Shown here: positions 36,709 through 46,359 of the stretch, in pieces | Layout: every line of letters starts with the position of its first letter | Numbering within the stretch: the stretch's first letter is position 1 | NCBI GenBank assembly: GCA_038329965.1 | Contig: JBBQNN010000006.1 | Coordinates: 26,357-90,356 of the forward strand | DNA: 64,000 nt | DNA from: Mycobacteriales bacterium | GTDB lineage: Bacteria; Actinomycetota; Actinomycetes; Mycobacteriales; QHCA01 | Direction: 5' to 3' | The notes under the pieces: generated by a model | What the model was told of the DNA's origin: nothing | What the model saw: the letters and a program-made list of their open reading frames with translations, nothing else | Database searches by the model: none | Program-made: the position numbers and the translations under genes

Positions 36709-37203
36709 TCAGGGATGGCTGAGCGGGCCGCCCGCCCAACCCGACTTGTCATCGATGCGAGCGCGTTGGGCGCGCTGGGGCCTCGATCCCGCGGGCGGCG
36801 ACTTGCGACGGTCCGCGCCGACCTCAGTGGAGAGTTCGTCAAGGAGGCGGTGGAGGTCCCCGATACGGTTTTGCAGGTCGTCCTTCAGACGCCGCGACAG
36901 CCGCTGCCAGTCGTCCGGGCCGGGAGGCTGGCCGGCGGGTAGTTCGGCCAGCGCGTCGCGGATTTCGGCAATGGATAGTCCAACGCGTTGTGACACTCGA
37001 ATCATGGCAACGCGGCACAGGACATCACCGCGGTAGCGGCGCTGGTTGCCTCCGGTGCGGTCACTGGTGATCAAGCCCTGTGCTTCGTAGAAGCGGACAG
37101 CTGAGCCGGATATGTGCATGCGCTGAGCGACCTGGCCGACGGTGAGGCCGGCCGCATGCCAGTCGAACGCGTTGGACTCGGCCGGCCCGCTGGTGCGCTC
37201 CAC
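36709..37203 (-). CDS. MerR-family transcriptional regulator
   Basis: LTVGQVAQRMHISGSAVRFYEAQGLI HTH. No SoxR-type Cys cluster. Confidence 0.85.
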   Translation of the reverse strand: MERTSGPAESNAFDWHAAGLTVGQVAQRMHISGSAVRFYEAQGLITSDRTGGNQRRYRGDVLCRVAMIRVSQRVGLSIAEIRDALAELPAGQPPGPDDWQRLSRRLKDDLQNRIGDLHRLLDELSTEVGADRRKSPPAGSRPQRAQRARIDDKSGWAGGPLSHP

Positions 37204-37228
37204 GGGTCTTGTCTACGCCTGCCACGGC

Positions 37229-37259
37229 TTGACTTCAACCTCTGTTGAAGTCTTAACGT
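37229..37259 (+). promoter_or_regulatory. MerR-type promoter: TTGACT - 19-bp spacer with perfect 9-bp dyad - TAACGT
   Basis: ttgact tcaacctctgttgaagtct taacgt. The dyad is gacttcaac (37231-37239) / gttgaagtc (37244-37252). It points at the NmrA-like gene and lies in the divergent region next to the MerR gene. Confidence 0.6.
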
Positions 37260-37335
37260 CGGTGTCTCAACCGGCGGACGCACGCTGGCCTCACGGCGGG
37301 ACGACCCGCTGCGACCAGGGAAGCAGGAATTCTTC

Positions 37336-38196
37336 ATGACAACGAACAGCACGATTCTGGTCACCGGAGCAACCGGCCGGGTCGGCGGCCAGGTGATCAG
37401 CCAACTCACGGGAACGGGCGCTGCCGTCCGTGCGCTCACCCGCAATCCCGATACCACCGCGCTGCCAGGCGGCGTCGAGGTCGTCGGCGGCGACCTGTCC
37501 GACGCGGACACCCTGGACGCCGCCCTCGAAGGCGTCGATGCAGTGTTCCTGGTCTTCCCCACCCTTCAAGCCGACGGGGCCGCGCCCACGGTCGTCGCCA
37601 AAATCGCGGAACACGTTGGCCGTATCGGCTACCTGTCGGCGGCAGGCGTGGCAGACAATCCCGACAAGCACGTCGGCGGGATCATCGGGTCCCACGCCCG
37701 CGTCGAACGCCTGATCGAACAGTCCGGTATGGAGTGGACTTTCCTGCGCCCCAGCGGGTTCGCGGCGAACACCCTGATGTGGGCCGACCAGATTCGTGCC
37801 GGGAGTGTGGTGCGCTGGTTTTACGGGGCGGCCACGCGGACCCTGATCCACGAGCACGACATCGGCGCCGTGGCGGTCCGCACGCTCACCGAGCACGGCC
37901 ACGGCGGGCAGAGGTACCACCTGACCGGGCCCAGCCAGCTCACCCAGGTCGAACAAGCTCACGCGATCGGCGAGGCGATCGGCCACCCCGTGCGCTTTGA
38001 GGAACTCGCACCCGAGATCGCGCGTACGGAACTGTTCGCCGGCATGCCCGCCACGGTCGTGGACTCCATCCTCAACGGCCACGCCGAGATGGTGAGGCAC
38101 CCCGAACCGGTCACCTCAACGGTGGCGGACCTCACCGGAACCAGGGCGCGGACCTTTGCGCAATGGGCCATCGACCACGCCAACGACTTCCGTTGA
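37336..38196 (+). CDS. NmrA-like NAD(P)H-binding protein
   Basis: ILVTGATGRVGGQV glycine loop. 286 aa. Confidence 0.85.
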   Translation: MTTNSTILVTGATGRVGGQVISQLTGTGAAVRALTRNPDTTALPGGVEVVGGDLSDADTLDAALEGVDAVFLVFPTLQADGAAPTVVAKIAEHVGRIGYLSAAGVADNPDKHVGGIIGSHARVERLIEQSGMEWTFLRPSGFAANTLMWADQIRAGSVVRWFYGAATRTLIHEHDIGAVAVRTLTEHGHGGQRYHLTGPSQLTQVEQAHAIGEAIGHPVRFEELAPEIARTELFAGMPATVVDSILNGHAEMVRHPEPVTSTVADLTGTRARTFAQWAIDHANDFR

Positions 38197-38209
38197 GCGC
38201 AATGAACGG

Positions 38210-38830
38210 GCCGCGCCGCCGAACAGGTCGGCCTGGACGGCGTGTGGGCCGGGGACCATCTGACCACGGGATCGCCGATCCTGGATAGCACGGCAGATCG
38301 CCTCACTCCACTACCTGTCCGGTAGCCACCTCCAGCTCGGGATGGGCGTCGGAGCGGTGGGAACGCCCTACGAATGGCAGGCCGCCGGCGTCCCGACCCG
38401 CGGCCGCGGCGAACGCACCGACGCGATCTTGGCGACCCTGCCGAGGCTGCTGGGCGGTCGACCCACCGCCCCGCCGAACGAGCCCGGCCAGCCCGTCGTC
38501 ACTCTCGAACCTGCCGTCCCGATGCCCCCCCAGTCTGGATCGGAGGCGTCTCGAACGCCGCGCTCCGACGGGCCGTCACCTACGGGCAAGGGTGGCTTGC
38601 CGCACTGCTCAGCCCGGACGAACTGGCGGACCGCGTCGCTGAGCTCACCGCACTGGCCCAACAGCGGGGAGTTCCAACGCCCCAGACCGGCACCATGGTG
38701 TTCGCGACACTGACCACGCAGCCAGCGCGCAGCCGCTGTCGCCATCGGAGGCAGCCCCGGTCAGGTCGCCGAACGGCTCGCGGAGTACAAAACAGCGGGA
38801 GCCGGCACCGTCGTGGTCGTTCCCTTCGAC
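38210..38830 (+). pseudogene. luciferase-like (LLM/F420-type) oxidoreductase, N-terminally truncated and multiply frameshifted
   Basis: Pieces in three frames: AEQVGLDGVWAGDHL; PVWIGGVSNAALRRAVTYGQGWLAALLSPDELADRV; IGGSPGQVAERLAEYKTAGAGTVVVVPFD. Confidence 0.6.
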
Positions 38831-39206
38831 CTGACAACCTACCGGCACGCGGGACGGCACCTCCCCGAGTGCGGGGTCTACCTGCTCAACAAGCGGCCGG
38901 AGCCCACGCCGTGGGAGCCCGGTGGGGTCCGCTGGCCGGACTTCCGCTTGCCCATGGACCGCGGCAAGTCCGAAGGCGCCCTGCGCGAGGCTTGGCGCCG
39001 CCCCGTGAATGAGCGGGTGGAGATCGCCTACGTGCGCGACCAACTTTCACCCACGGGCCGTCAAGACGCCTTCACGGCACCGCTACGTCACCCGCTTCGC
39101 CACGTCGGAGGCGACGTGCCGGAAGCCGATGGTCAAGCGGTACAGAGATCAGCGGTACAGATTGGTCTCGCTCGCTCCTGGGCCCAGGCATGGGCCGTTC
39201 GTTCGC

Positions 39207-39785
39207 TCAGCCGATGCCGGTGGGTACCGCGACCCGGTAATGGCTGCTTGTCATGCCGGTGTCGTTGAACGTCGTGGCGAGGTGGATCAGATGGACGTCG
39301 GTGTCGAGGGGTCCGAACAGCGGGATACCGCGTCCCAGGAGAACCGGCGCGCGGGTGAGGACGATGTCGTCGATCAGGCCGCGGCGGAGCCAGTCCTGAA
39401 TGACCTTGCCGCCGTCGACGTAGACCGCTGTCGAGCCTCGCTCAGCGAGCAGCGTCAGCGCTTCCTCGGTGGATGTCGCCACGGTGACTCGCGAGTCGTC
39501 GGTCGCCAGCGTGCGGCTGAGGACGATGACTTGCTGCTGCGGGTAGGGCCAGAAGCCGAAGGTCAGGACCTTCTCGTACGTCCCGCGACCCATGACAAGA
39601 TGATCAACGCTGGCGAGGTGCTCCTCGTACCCCGGGATCACCGGCTGACCCGCGTGAGGCTTCGCGTGTCCGGCGTTCGGTGGCGGATCGGTAAGCCAGG
39701 CGATGTCCCCGTCGACTCGGGCGATGTAGCCGTCCAGACTCGTTGCGATGAAAACCTTGCCCTGCCAGCTTCGATGAGCACTCAT
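39207..39785 (-). CDS. dihydrofolate-reductase-family (RibD C-terminal domain) protein
   Basis: GKVFIATSLDGYIA...HLVMGRGTYE...VYVDGGKVIQ pattern. 192 aa. Confidence 0.85.
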   Translation of the reverse strand: MSAHRSWQGKVFIATSLDGYIARVDGDIAWLTDPPPNAGHAKPHAGQPVIPGYEEHLASVDHLVMGRGTYEKVLTFGFWPYPQQQVIVLSRTLATDDSRVTVATSTEEALTLLAERGSTAVYVDGGKVIQDWLRRGLIDDIVLTRAPVLLGRGIPLFGPLDTDVHLIHLATTFNDTGMTSSHYRVAVPTGIG

Positions 39786-39948
39786 TCGCCCTGCCTACCA
39801 GCAGGCGCCGACATGAGACGAGCCGGCGTCGGCCTCGAAGCCGGTCTCGCCGACGAGCCCGCTGTACATCCGACCTGGTCGGGCTGCAAGATCACGTCGA
39901 CTTCCCTGGCGCGCTCGGACCATCGACGGTTCTGTGCTGCCCGCCAGG

Positions 39949-40455
39949 TCAGGGGGACAGCTGCCAGCCTTTGGAGTCGGTGACCGCCCGCTGTTCGGGC
40001 GGTGGTTGGACGGGCCTGCCGTGGTATTGGGTGGATAGGACGATGTGGGTGCGCATCTCTCCGTGTCGGCCGAGCCGTTCCACGAGGCCTTCGAGGTGCG
40101 CGAGTGAGGCCGCCCTGGCTTTGAGCATGGTGCAGGATTCGCCGGAGAGTTTATGGATCTCGATGAGTTCCGGGTAGTCCTCGGATGTGGTGGTGCGTAG
40201 CAGGCAGTCCGCCGGGCGGCAGCGCAGCTGAATGAAGGCGAGCAGGGGCTGCCCGGCCTGAGCGGCGTTGACCTCGGCGCCGTAGCCGGTGATCACCGCG
40301 TTGCGTTCGAGGCGTCGGACGCGTTCTGCCACGGCGGGTGGGGACAGGTGCACCCGGCGGGCGAGTTCCTTGTAGGAGAGCCGACCGTCGGCTTGCAGTT
40401 CGGCCAGGATGCGCCAGTCGGTGTCGTCGAGTTCGATCGACCGCAAAGTGCTCAT
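39949..40455 (-). CDS. Lrp/AsnC-family transcriptional regulator
   Basis: LDDTDWRILAELQADGRLSYKELARRVHLSPPAVAERVRRLE plus a C-terminal RAM-like domain. Confidence 0.9.
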   Translation of the reverse strand: MSTLRSIELDDTDWRILAELQADGRLSYKELARRVHLSPPAVAERVRRLERNAVITGYGAEVNAAQAGQPLLAFIQLRCRPADCLLRTTTSEDYPELIEIHKLSGESCTMLKARAASLAHLEGLVERLGRHGEMRTHIVLSTQYHGRPVQPPPEQRAVTDSKGWQLSP

Positions 40456-40784
40456 GGTGTTTCCCGTATCGTCTGGAAGGTGAATTGGCGCTTATGCCGT
40501 TCCTTTGCCCTTCCCTGGGCTGCACGAGTTTCCTAGCGTAGATGCCATGTGGTCGCGCGGCCAGAACCCGTCCGTGCATCGTGCTCGGCGGCTTGAGCCC
40601 AGCAACCGGCTGGGCCCCCGGGGACGGTTCCTGGCGCGACGGGTCGCCGTCGCGGACCGGGGTACGGGTCAGCCTCGGCCGACCGCTCGTGCTGGGTGTG
40701 CTGCCCCGCAGCGATGCCGATCGTTCCCGCGCCGTGGGGCGACCGCACAACTGACGAGCCGCAGACAGGAAGGAGAGTCGAACC

Positions 40785-41252
40785 ATGCCCGAACTCTCGG
40801 TGAAACCCAGCCTCAATGCGCATGTGGTCGATGAGGTCATGGCTGCTGCCCGTCAACGGGCGGCGATGCTGGGTGCCACCTTCACGATCGCGATCGTGGA
40901 CGACAGCGCTACCCCGAGAGCGCTGTTCAGGATGGACTCGGCCGACCTGCTCACGGTCGGGCTCGCCTTGGGCAAGGCCCGTCTGGTGGCGTCCAACGGC
41001 ATGCCATCGAAGATGTGGCGAGGCCTCGTCGCCGACGACGCCTACCTGGGCTTGACGGTGCCGATCGCGCTCGACCGGGTCCTGGGCGGGGCGGTGCTCT
41101 TCGCCGGCGGCTATCCGTTTCAGGTGGACGGAACAGTCGTCGGCGCGATTGGCGTCAGCGGCGGCAGCGAAGCCCAGGACGACGAGGTGGCCCGAGCCGG
41201 GCTCGCGGCCCTCACGCAGGCGAAGCAATTCACCGGCGATGACGCGCCGTGA
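40785..41252 (+). CDS. GlcG/HbpS-like (DUF336) heme-binding protein
   Basis: GGYPFQVDGTVVGAIGVSGGSEAQDDEVA signature. 155 aa. Confidence 0.8.
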   Translation: MPELSVKPSLNAHVVDEVMAAARQRAAMLGATFTIAIVDDSATPRALFRMDSADLLTVGLALGKARLVASNGMPSKMWRGLVADDAYLGLTVPIALDRVLGGAVLFAGGYPFQVDGTVVGAIGVSGGSEAQDDEVARAGLAALTQAKQFTGDDAP

Positions 41253-42646
41253 CGGAGCACGCTGAAGACAAACGTGGTCCGGCGGCGCCGGCGACGGCCG
41301 ACTGGAAGGCGTTGGCTGCGGACCTGGCCGGCGCTGTGGTGCTCCCCGGATCGGACGAGTACGAGTTGGTACGGAAGCCGGCTATCGCGCGCTTCCACGA
41401 CGCGCGACCCCAGGCAGTGCTGCGATGTCGATCGGCGGCCGATGTGGTGCAGGCCGTCTCGTTCGCGCGGCGCTTCCGACTCACGATCGCGATCCGCAGC
41501 GGCGGCCACGATTTCGCCGGACGCTCCTCGACCGGCGATGTCGTCATCGATGTCAGCCTCATGGACAGCGTCTGCCTGTCGGGGAACGTGGCGATCATCG
41601 CAGCGGGGGCGACGCTCGCTGATGTTTACGCCAGCCTGCACGCGCACGGCCGGACCATTCCGGGTGGGTGCGGCCCGACGGTGGGTATCGCTGGGCTCAC
41701 GCTCGGCGGTGGCCTCGGTGTCCTCGGGCGTAGCTACGGGCTGACCTGCGACCGTCTCGTCCAGGCCCAGGTCGTGTTGGCCGACGGCCGCACTGTCGCA
41801 TGCGACGAGCAGCGCGAGCCCGAGCTGTTTTGGGCGTTGCGCGGCGCTGGAGCGGGCCAGTTCGGGGTGGTCACCGAGCTCGTCTTCGACACCGTCCCCG
41901 CGCCCCGCTGCACCGTGTTCGAGCTCACCTGGGACTACCGGCACGCGGCGCACGTCCTCGATGCGTGGCAGGCCTGGGCGCCCAAGGCGCCCGACCAGCT
42001 GGCCGCAAGCCTGCTCCTCAACGCACCGGCCGACCCGAAGCGCCCCCCGCGGGTCACCCTGCTCGGAGCAGCGGTCGCGCTGTCGCCCGAGGCCACCGAC
42101 GAGCTCCTTCACGTCCTCATCGCCCGCGCCGCCGCCCGACCCCGGGCATGGTGGCGCGAGGGGATGTCCTGGCTGGACACCAAGCGTTGTCTGGCCGAAC
42201 GCGCACCAGGCGACGACGAAGGCCGTCTGTTCAGCAAGTCCGAGTTCTTCCAGCGACTGCTCCCCACAAAGGTGATCGCCGACGTGGTCGACCAGCTCGC
42301 CGCGACCCGCAGCCCCGGCGAGGCCCGCGAGCTCGACTTCTCGCCGTGGGGCGGCGCCTACAATCGCGCCCCCGTCGACGCCACAGCGTTCCCGCACCGC
42401 GGCGAGCGGTTTTTGCTCAAGTACGCCGCCACGGTGAAACTCGACGCCTCCGGCGCTGGCAGGGTGGCCCCGGGCGAATGGCTCGCGCGGTCGTGGCAGT
42501 CCGTTCGGCCCTGGGGCACCGGCCGGGTCTACCCCAACTTCCCCGACCCGGATCTCGACGATCCCGGGCGGGCGTACTTCGGTGCGAACTTCGAGCGCGT
42601 GAGCCAGGCCAAGGCTACCTACGACCCGGACGGCGTCTTCGCGTGA
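41249..42646 (+). CDS. FAD-linked oxidase with BBE-like C-terminus
   Basis: GTG overlaps the GlcG stop (GTGA). IRSGGHDF; GGGLGVLGRSYGLTCD; C-terminal YPNFPD...NFERV...YDPDGVF. Confidence 0.85.
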   Translation: MTEHAEDKRGPAAPATADWKALAADLAGAVVLPGSDEYELVRKPAIARFHDARPQAVLRCRSAADVVQAVSFARRFRLTIAIRSGGHDFAGRSSTGDVVIDVSLMDSVCLSGNVAIIAAGATLADVYASLHAHGRTIPGGCGPTVGIAGLTLGGGLGVLGRSYGLTCDRLVQAQVVLADGRTVACDEQREPELFWALRGAGAGQFGVVTELVFDTVPAPRCTVFELTWDYRHAAHVLDAWQAWAPKAPDQLAASLLLNAPADPKRPPRVTLLGAAVALSPEATDELLHVLIARAAARPRAWWREGMSWLDTKRCLAERAPGDDEGRLFSKSEFFQRLLPTKVIADVVDQLAATRSPGEARELDFSPWGGAYNRAPVDATAFPHRGERFLLKYAATVKLDASGAGRVAPGEWLARSWQSVRPWGTGRVYPNFPDPDLDDPGRAYFGANFERVSQAKATYDPDGVFA

Positions 42647-42669
42647 CATCCGGTCCAACACAAGACGGG

Positions 42670-43389
42670 ATGCCCGTCGCCGTCGTGACCGGAGCCAGCC
42701 GCGGCATCGGGCTTGAGTTGGTGCGTCACCTGCTGATGCGAGGGTTCGTGGTCCATGCCGGGTGCCGCCGGCCCGGTCAGGCCGGTGAGCTGACCGAGCT
42801 GATCGCAGCGTCGGGTCGCGGCAGCGTGCTGGCGCTGGACGTCGCAGACCCCGCCTCGATACGTGCCGCCGCGGCAACCCTCGCCGGCAATGCCGCGGCA
42901 GTGCACCTGCTGATCAACAACGCCGGCATCGGCCGGCCCGCCGGCGTCGACCCCGCCGCCGCGGAAGGACCACTGGCCGCGCTGCACGGCGACGCGATGA
43001 CCGAAGTGTTGCGCGTCAACAGCATCGGGCCAGCCCTCGTGACGCAGGCACTCGCGCCTATGCTCCACCGAGCGACGCCCGACGCTCAGGTCCTCAACGT
43101 GACATCCGACCTCGGATCGGTGACCCGGCCGGTCACGGCCGGCAGCTACGCCTACGCAATGAGCAAGGCCGCGCTGAACATGCTGACCCGCAAACTCGCC
43201 GTCGAGCTGCGACCTCACGTGACCGTGATCGCGATGCACCCAGGCTCGGTGCGCACCCGACTCGGCGGCCCGTCGGCCGACCTCGCCCCAGCCGACGCCG
43301 CCCGCGGAATGCTCGACGTCCTCGACCGCATCACCACCACCGACGCCGGCCACGCCCTCACCCACACCGGGCAACACCTGCCGTGGTGA
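42670..43389 (+). CDS. SDR oxidoreductase
   Basis: Start at MPVAVVTGASRGIGLE (ATG 42670). NNAG, YAMSK motifs. The longer ORF upstream is junk. Confidence 0.85.
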   Translation: MPVAVVTGASRGIGLELVRHLLMRGFVVHAGCRRPGQAGELTELIAASGRGSVLALDVADPASIRAAAATLAGNAAAVHLLINNAGIGRPAGVDPAAAEGPLAALHGDAMTEVLRVNSIGPALVTQALAPMLHRATPDAQVLNVTSDLGSVTRPVTAGSYAYAMSKAALNMLTRKLAVELRPHVTVIAMHPGSVRTRLGGPSADLAPADAARGMLDVLDRITTTDAGHALTHTGQHLPW

Positions 43390-43462
43390 CCGCAGACTCC
43401 CGGCGAGCGACGGTGGCGAGACAACCAAGACCTCCCTGGCACGACAAGGAACGGAAGCGTAG

Positions 43463-43779
43463 ATGACCCAGACCCTGAAGATCGCCGTGCTGGCCGGCAG
43501 CAGCCGACCAACCGTCGTTCACGCGACGTCGCGCAGTGGATGTGCACCGCCGACGCTCCCAAGCAGGAGCTCACGCTGGCTGACCTCGATGAAGTCGCGC
43601 TGCCGCCGCTGGCCGAACCGAGCGCGGCCGCGTTCGGTTACTACACCTTGGCGCACACGCGGGACTGGTACCACTCCACCACCGCCACACTGAAGAACGC
43701 GCTGGATCACCCGTACCGAGAGTGGCACGACAAGGCCGTCGAGTTCGCCGACGCCGCGGGTCAGGCCGGGCCGGGCTGA
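43463..43779 (+). pseudogene. NADPH-dependent FMN reductase remnant (frameshifted, internally deleted)
   Basis: MTQTLKIAVLAGSSRP in one frame. A different frame continues ...APKQELTLADLDEVALPPL...TLKNALDH...EWHDKAV. Far too short for the family. Confidence 0.5.
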
Positions 43780-45551
43780 TGACGGCGCAGTGGTGGCGCT
43801 CGGCGGTGATCTATCAGATTTACCCGCGCAGCTTCGCCGACGCCGATGGCGACGGCCATGGCGATCTGGACGGCATCACCAGCCGACTGGACCACCTCTC
43901 GTCGCTCGGCGTCGACGCGCTGTGGCTGAACCCGTTCTACGTCTCGCCGATGGCCGACGGTGGCTATGACATCGCCGACCACACCGACGTCGACCCACTG
44001 TTCGGGGATCTGGCCGCCTTCGACCGGCTGCTCAAGGCTGCGCACGCTCAGCGTCTGCGGGTGATCATCGACTTCGTCCCCAACCACACAAGCAGCCGCC
44101 ACCAGTGGTTTCAAGAGTCGACCCGCTCCCGACAGGACCTGCGCCGCGACTGGTACATCTGGCACGCCGGACGACCGGGCACGGTCGACGGCGCCGGGGA
44201 AATGGCCCCACCCAACAACTGGGTCAGCGCCTTTGGCGGCTCGGCCTGGACCTACCACCCCGAAACCGGCCAGTGGTACCTGCACACCTTCCTGCCCGAC
44301 CAACCCGACCTGAACTGGCGCAACCCGCAGGTCGAGGCGGCGATGTTCGACGTGCTGCGCTTCTGGCTGAACCGCGGCGTCGACGGTTTCCGTGTCGACG
44401 TCGCCAACTTCATCCTCAAAGACCCCGAGCTGCGCGACAACCCTCCCCGCGACCCAGACAGCCCCACCGCCTACCGGGCACTGGGCCCCTACGATGCCCA
44501 GATCCACCTGCACGACAAGGGCCATCCCGACACGCACCCGCTCTACCGGCGACTGCGGGGACTGCTCGACCAGTACCGCCACACGCCGGACGCGGGAGGG
44601 CTGCCGGCCGGTGACCGCGTCGCGCTGGGCGAACTGCACACTTTCGACTGGCCCGACTGGCTCCGCGCCTGGGCCTCTTACTACGGAGCTACCATCGATG
44701 GACGGCTTGATCCCGACGCCCAGGAGTTGCACCTGCCGCTCAACCTGGCGCTCATCGGCATCCCGTTCAACGCTAGCGCCTGGCGAGAAGCCATCGACGC
44801 CGTCGAAGCCGCACTCCCGCACGGCGCATGGCCGACGCTGATCCTCGGCAGCCACGACGAGTCACGCGTCGCCTCCCGGGTCGGCTCACCCGCTGCCGCC
44901 CGGCTAGCCATGACCGCGTTACTGACCCTGCGCGGCACACCGATCCTGTACTACGGCGAGGAGATCGCCATGACCGACGTCCCGGTCACCTCCGACCAAG
45001 CCCACGACCGCTGGGGCGCCCAGGACGCCGAAGATGATCGCGCCCCGTCGCTGGGGCCCAGCGGCGGCTCCAGCGTCGGCTCCAGTCGCGGCCTGGGCCG
45101 CGACCCCCAACGCACCCCGATGCGCTGGCACGACGGCCACGGTGCCGGCTTCACCGCACCCGGCGCCGCGCCCTGGCTGCCGCTGGGTCTGGACACGGCA
45201 CACTCCAACGTTGCTAGCCAGACCGACGACCCCACCTCGATGCTCACCCTTACCCGCACCCTGCTCACCCTGCGCCGCGCCTACCCCGCGCTCGCAATCG
45301 GCGACTATGAACCCCTCGACGACCTCCCCGACGGCGTGCTCGGCTACCTGCGCGTCTCTCCCGACGCCAGCCCCTCCGTGATCGTGCTGCTCAACTTCAC
45401 CGACACCGAGCTGACTCTCGACCCCGACCGACTGCCGATGCCCCCGCTCCCGGACGGTCGGCGACCGCTCCTGTCGACGATCGGCGGCACCAGCACCACC
45501 GTGCCGTCCCGGCTCTCAGCGCACCAAGGCCTGCTGATCGCCCTCCCCTGA
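43779..45551 (+). CDS. GH13 alpha-glucosidase / oligo-1,6-glucosidase-type glycosidase
   Basis: Start at MTAQWWRSAVIYQIYPRSF. Conserved regions VIIDFVPNHTS, DGFRVDVANF, YYGEEIAM, ILGSHDESR. Confidence 0.9.
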   Translation: MTAQWWRSAVIYQIYPRSFADADGDGHGDLDGITSRLDHLSSLGVDALWLNPFYVSPMADGGYDIADHTDVDPLFGDLAAFDRLLKAAHAQRLRVIIDFVPNHTSSRHQWFQESTRSRQDLRRDWYIWHAGRPGTVDGAGEMAPPNNWVSAFGGSAWTYHPETGQWYLHTFLPDQPDLNWRNPQVEAAMFDVLRFWLNRGVDGFRVDVANFILKDPELRDNPPRDPDSPTAYRALGPYDAQIHLHDKGHPDTHPLYRRLRGLLDQYRHTPDAGGLPAGDRVALGELHTFDWPDWLRAWASYYGATIDGRLDPDAQELHLPLNLALIGIPFNASAWREAIDAVEAALPHGAWPTLILGSHDESRVASRVGSPAAARLAMTALLTLRGTPILYYGEEIAMTDVPVTSDQAHDRWGAQDAEDDRAPSLGPSGGSSVGSSRGLGRDPQRTPMRWHDGHGAGFTAPGAAPWLPLGLDTAHSNVASQTDDPTSMLTLTRTLLTLRRAYPALAIGDYEPLDDLPDGVLGYLRVSPDASPSVIVLLNFTDTELTLDPDRLPMPPLPDGRRPLLSTIGGTSTTVPSRLSAHQGLLIALP

Positions 45552-45668
45552 ACTGGCGGGCGCCGATCACATCGCGACACCGCACCAGCCGGCCATCCGG
45601 CGACCCAATCTCACTCGCACACGCGGAACGGCTAACGGGATCAGTCCGACTGGTCAGCGGCGCGTAGG

Positions 45669-46271
45669 TCAGCCGTCCCGCTGCGTCGGCCGGAGGGAAG
45701 TGAGTGCGAGCGCCAGCAGTCCGTCGAGCCCGGTGTCGCCGTCGATCGTGCGAGGCTCGTGCAGGTGTTTCGTGATCTGTAGTTGCGCGAGGCCATGCAG
45801 GAGCACCCACACGACGGTCGCGAGTTCGCGCGCCGGGCCGGTGCCGAGCTCACCCTCAGTTTGGGCGCGCTCGACAAGCTCGCGGATGGCGAGCATTGCG
45901 TCGTCGGCGGCGGACTCGAGCTCCTGGTCGGGCTGGTCGATCGGGGTGTCGCCAAAGATGAGCTGGTAATGGTGGGGCTGCTCCAGCGCGTGGGCAAGGT
46001 AGGCGGAACAGCCGCGGTGCAGGCGCGAGTGTCGACCGCCACCTTCGGCTGCGCTGCGGATACGTGCCGCGAGTTCGGTGAGGGTCTGCGCTGCGAGCAC
46101 GCGCAGCAGGTCGGCCTTATCGACATAATGCCGGTAGGCCGCTGATCTCGAGACTCCGGCCGCCGCGCCGACCGAGCGGAGCGTGACCGCGTCCGGGCCG
46201 CCGGACTCGAGCAGCGCGCCAGCCGCGGCGATGATCGCCGCGCGGGTCGGAGCGGCGTCGCGGGGGCTCAC
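45669..46271 (-). CDS. TetR-family transcriptional regulator
   Basis: VTLRSVGAAAGVSRSAAYRHYVDKADLL HTH. 200 aa. Confidence 0.9.
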   Translation of the reverse strand: MSPRDAAPTRAAIIAAAGALLESGGPDAVTLRSVGAAAGVSRSAAYRHYVDKADLLRVLAAQTLTELAARIRSAAEGGGRHSRLHRGCSAYLAHALEQPHHYQLIFGDTPIDQPDQELESAADDAMLAIRELVERAQTEGELGTGPARELATVVWVLLHGLAQLQITKHLHEPRTIDGDTGLDGLLALALTSLRPTQRDG

Positions 46272-46293
46272 AGCGCCAGACTAGGACCGAACG

Positions 46294-46321
46294 TTGACAA
46301 CGTCCACATTCGTCTTATGCT
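46294..46321 (+). promoter_or_regulatory. sigma70-like promoter TTGACA-N16-TATGCT flanked by inverted repeat GTTGACA/TGTCAAC (candidate TetR operator)
   Basis: ttgaca(46294-46299) acgtccacattcgtct tatgct(46316-46321). The IR partner tgtcaac lies at 46327-46333. The site is 39 nt upstream of the SnoaL-like gene, in the region divergent from the TetR gene. Confidence 0.45.
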
Positions 46322-46359
46322 GACGGTGTCAACAGACCCGAACGGACAGGGACGACCCC

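Noticed and set aside
38831-39206. ORF 38813-39268 +, with segments vaguely like a dual-specificity/tyrosine phosphatase (VRWPDFRLPMD..., ERVEIAYVRDQLSPTGRQ where a C-x5-R loop might have been).
   Set aside because: The catalytic Cys-x5-Arg loop is not present and the similarity is too weak by eye. I treat it as an unassigned remnant within the decay belt.
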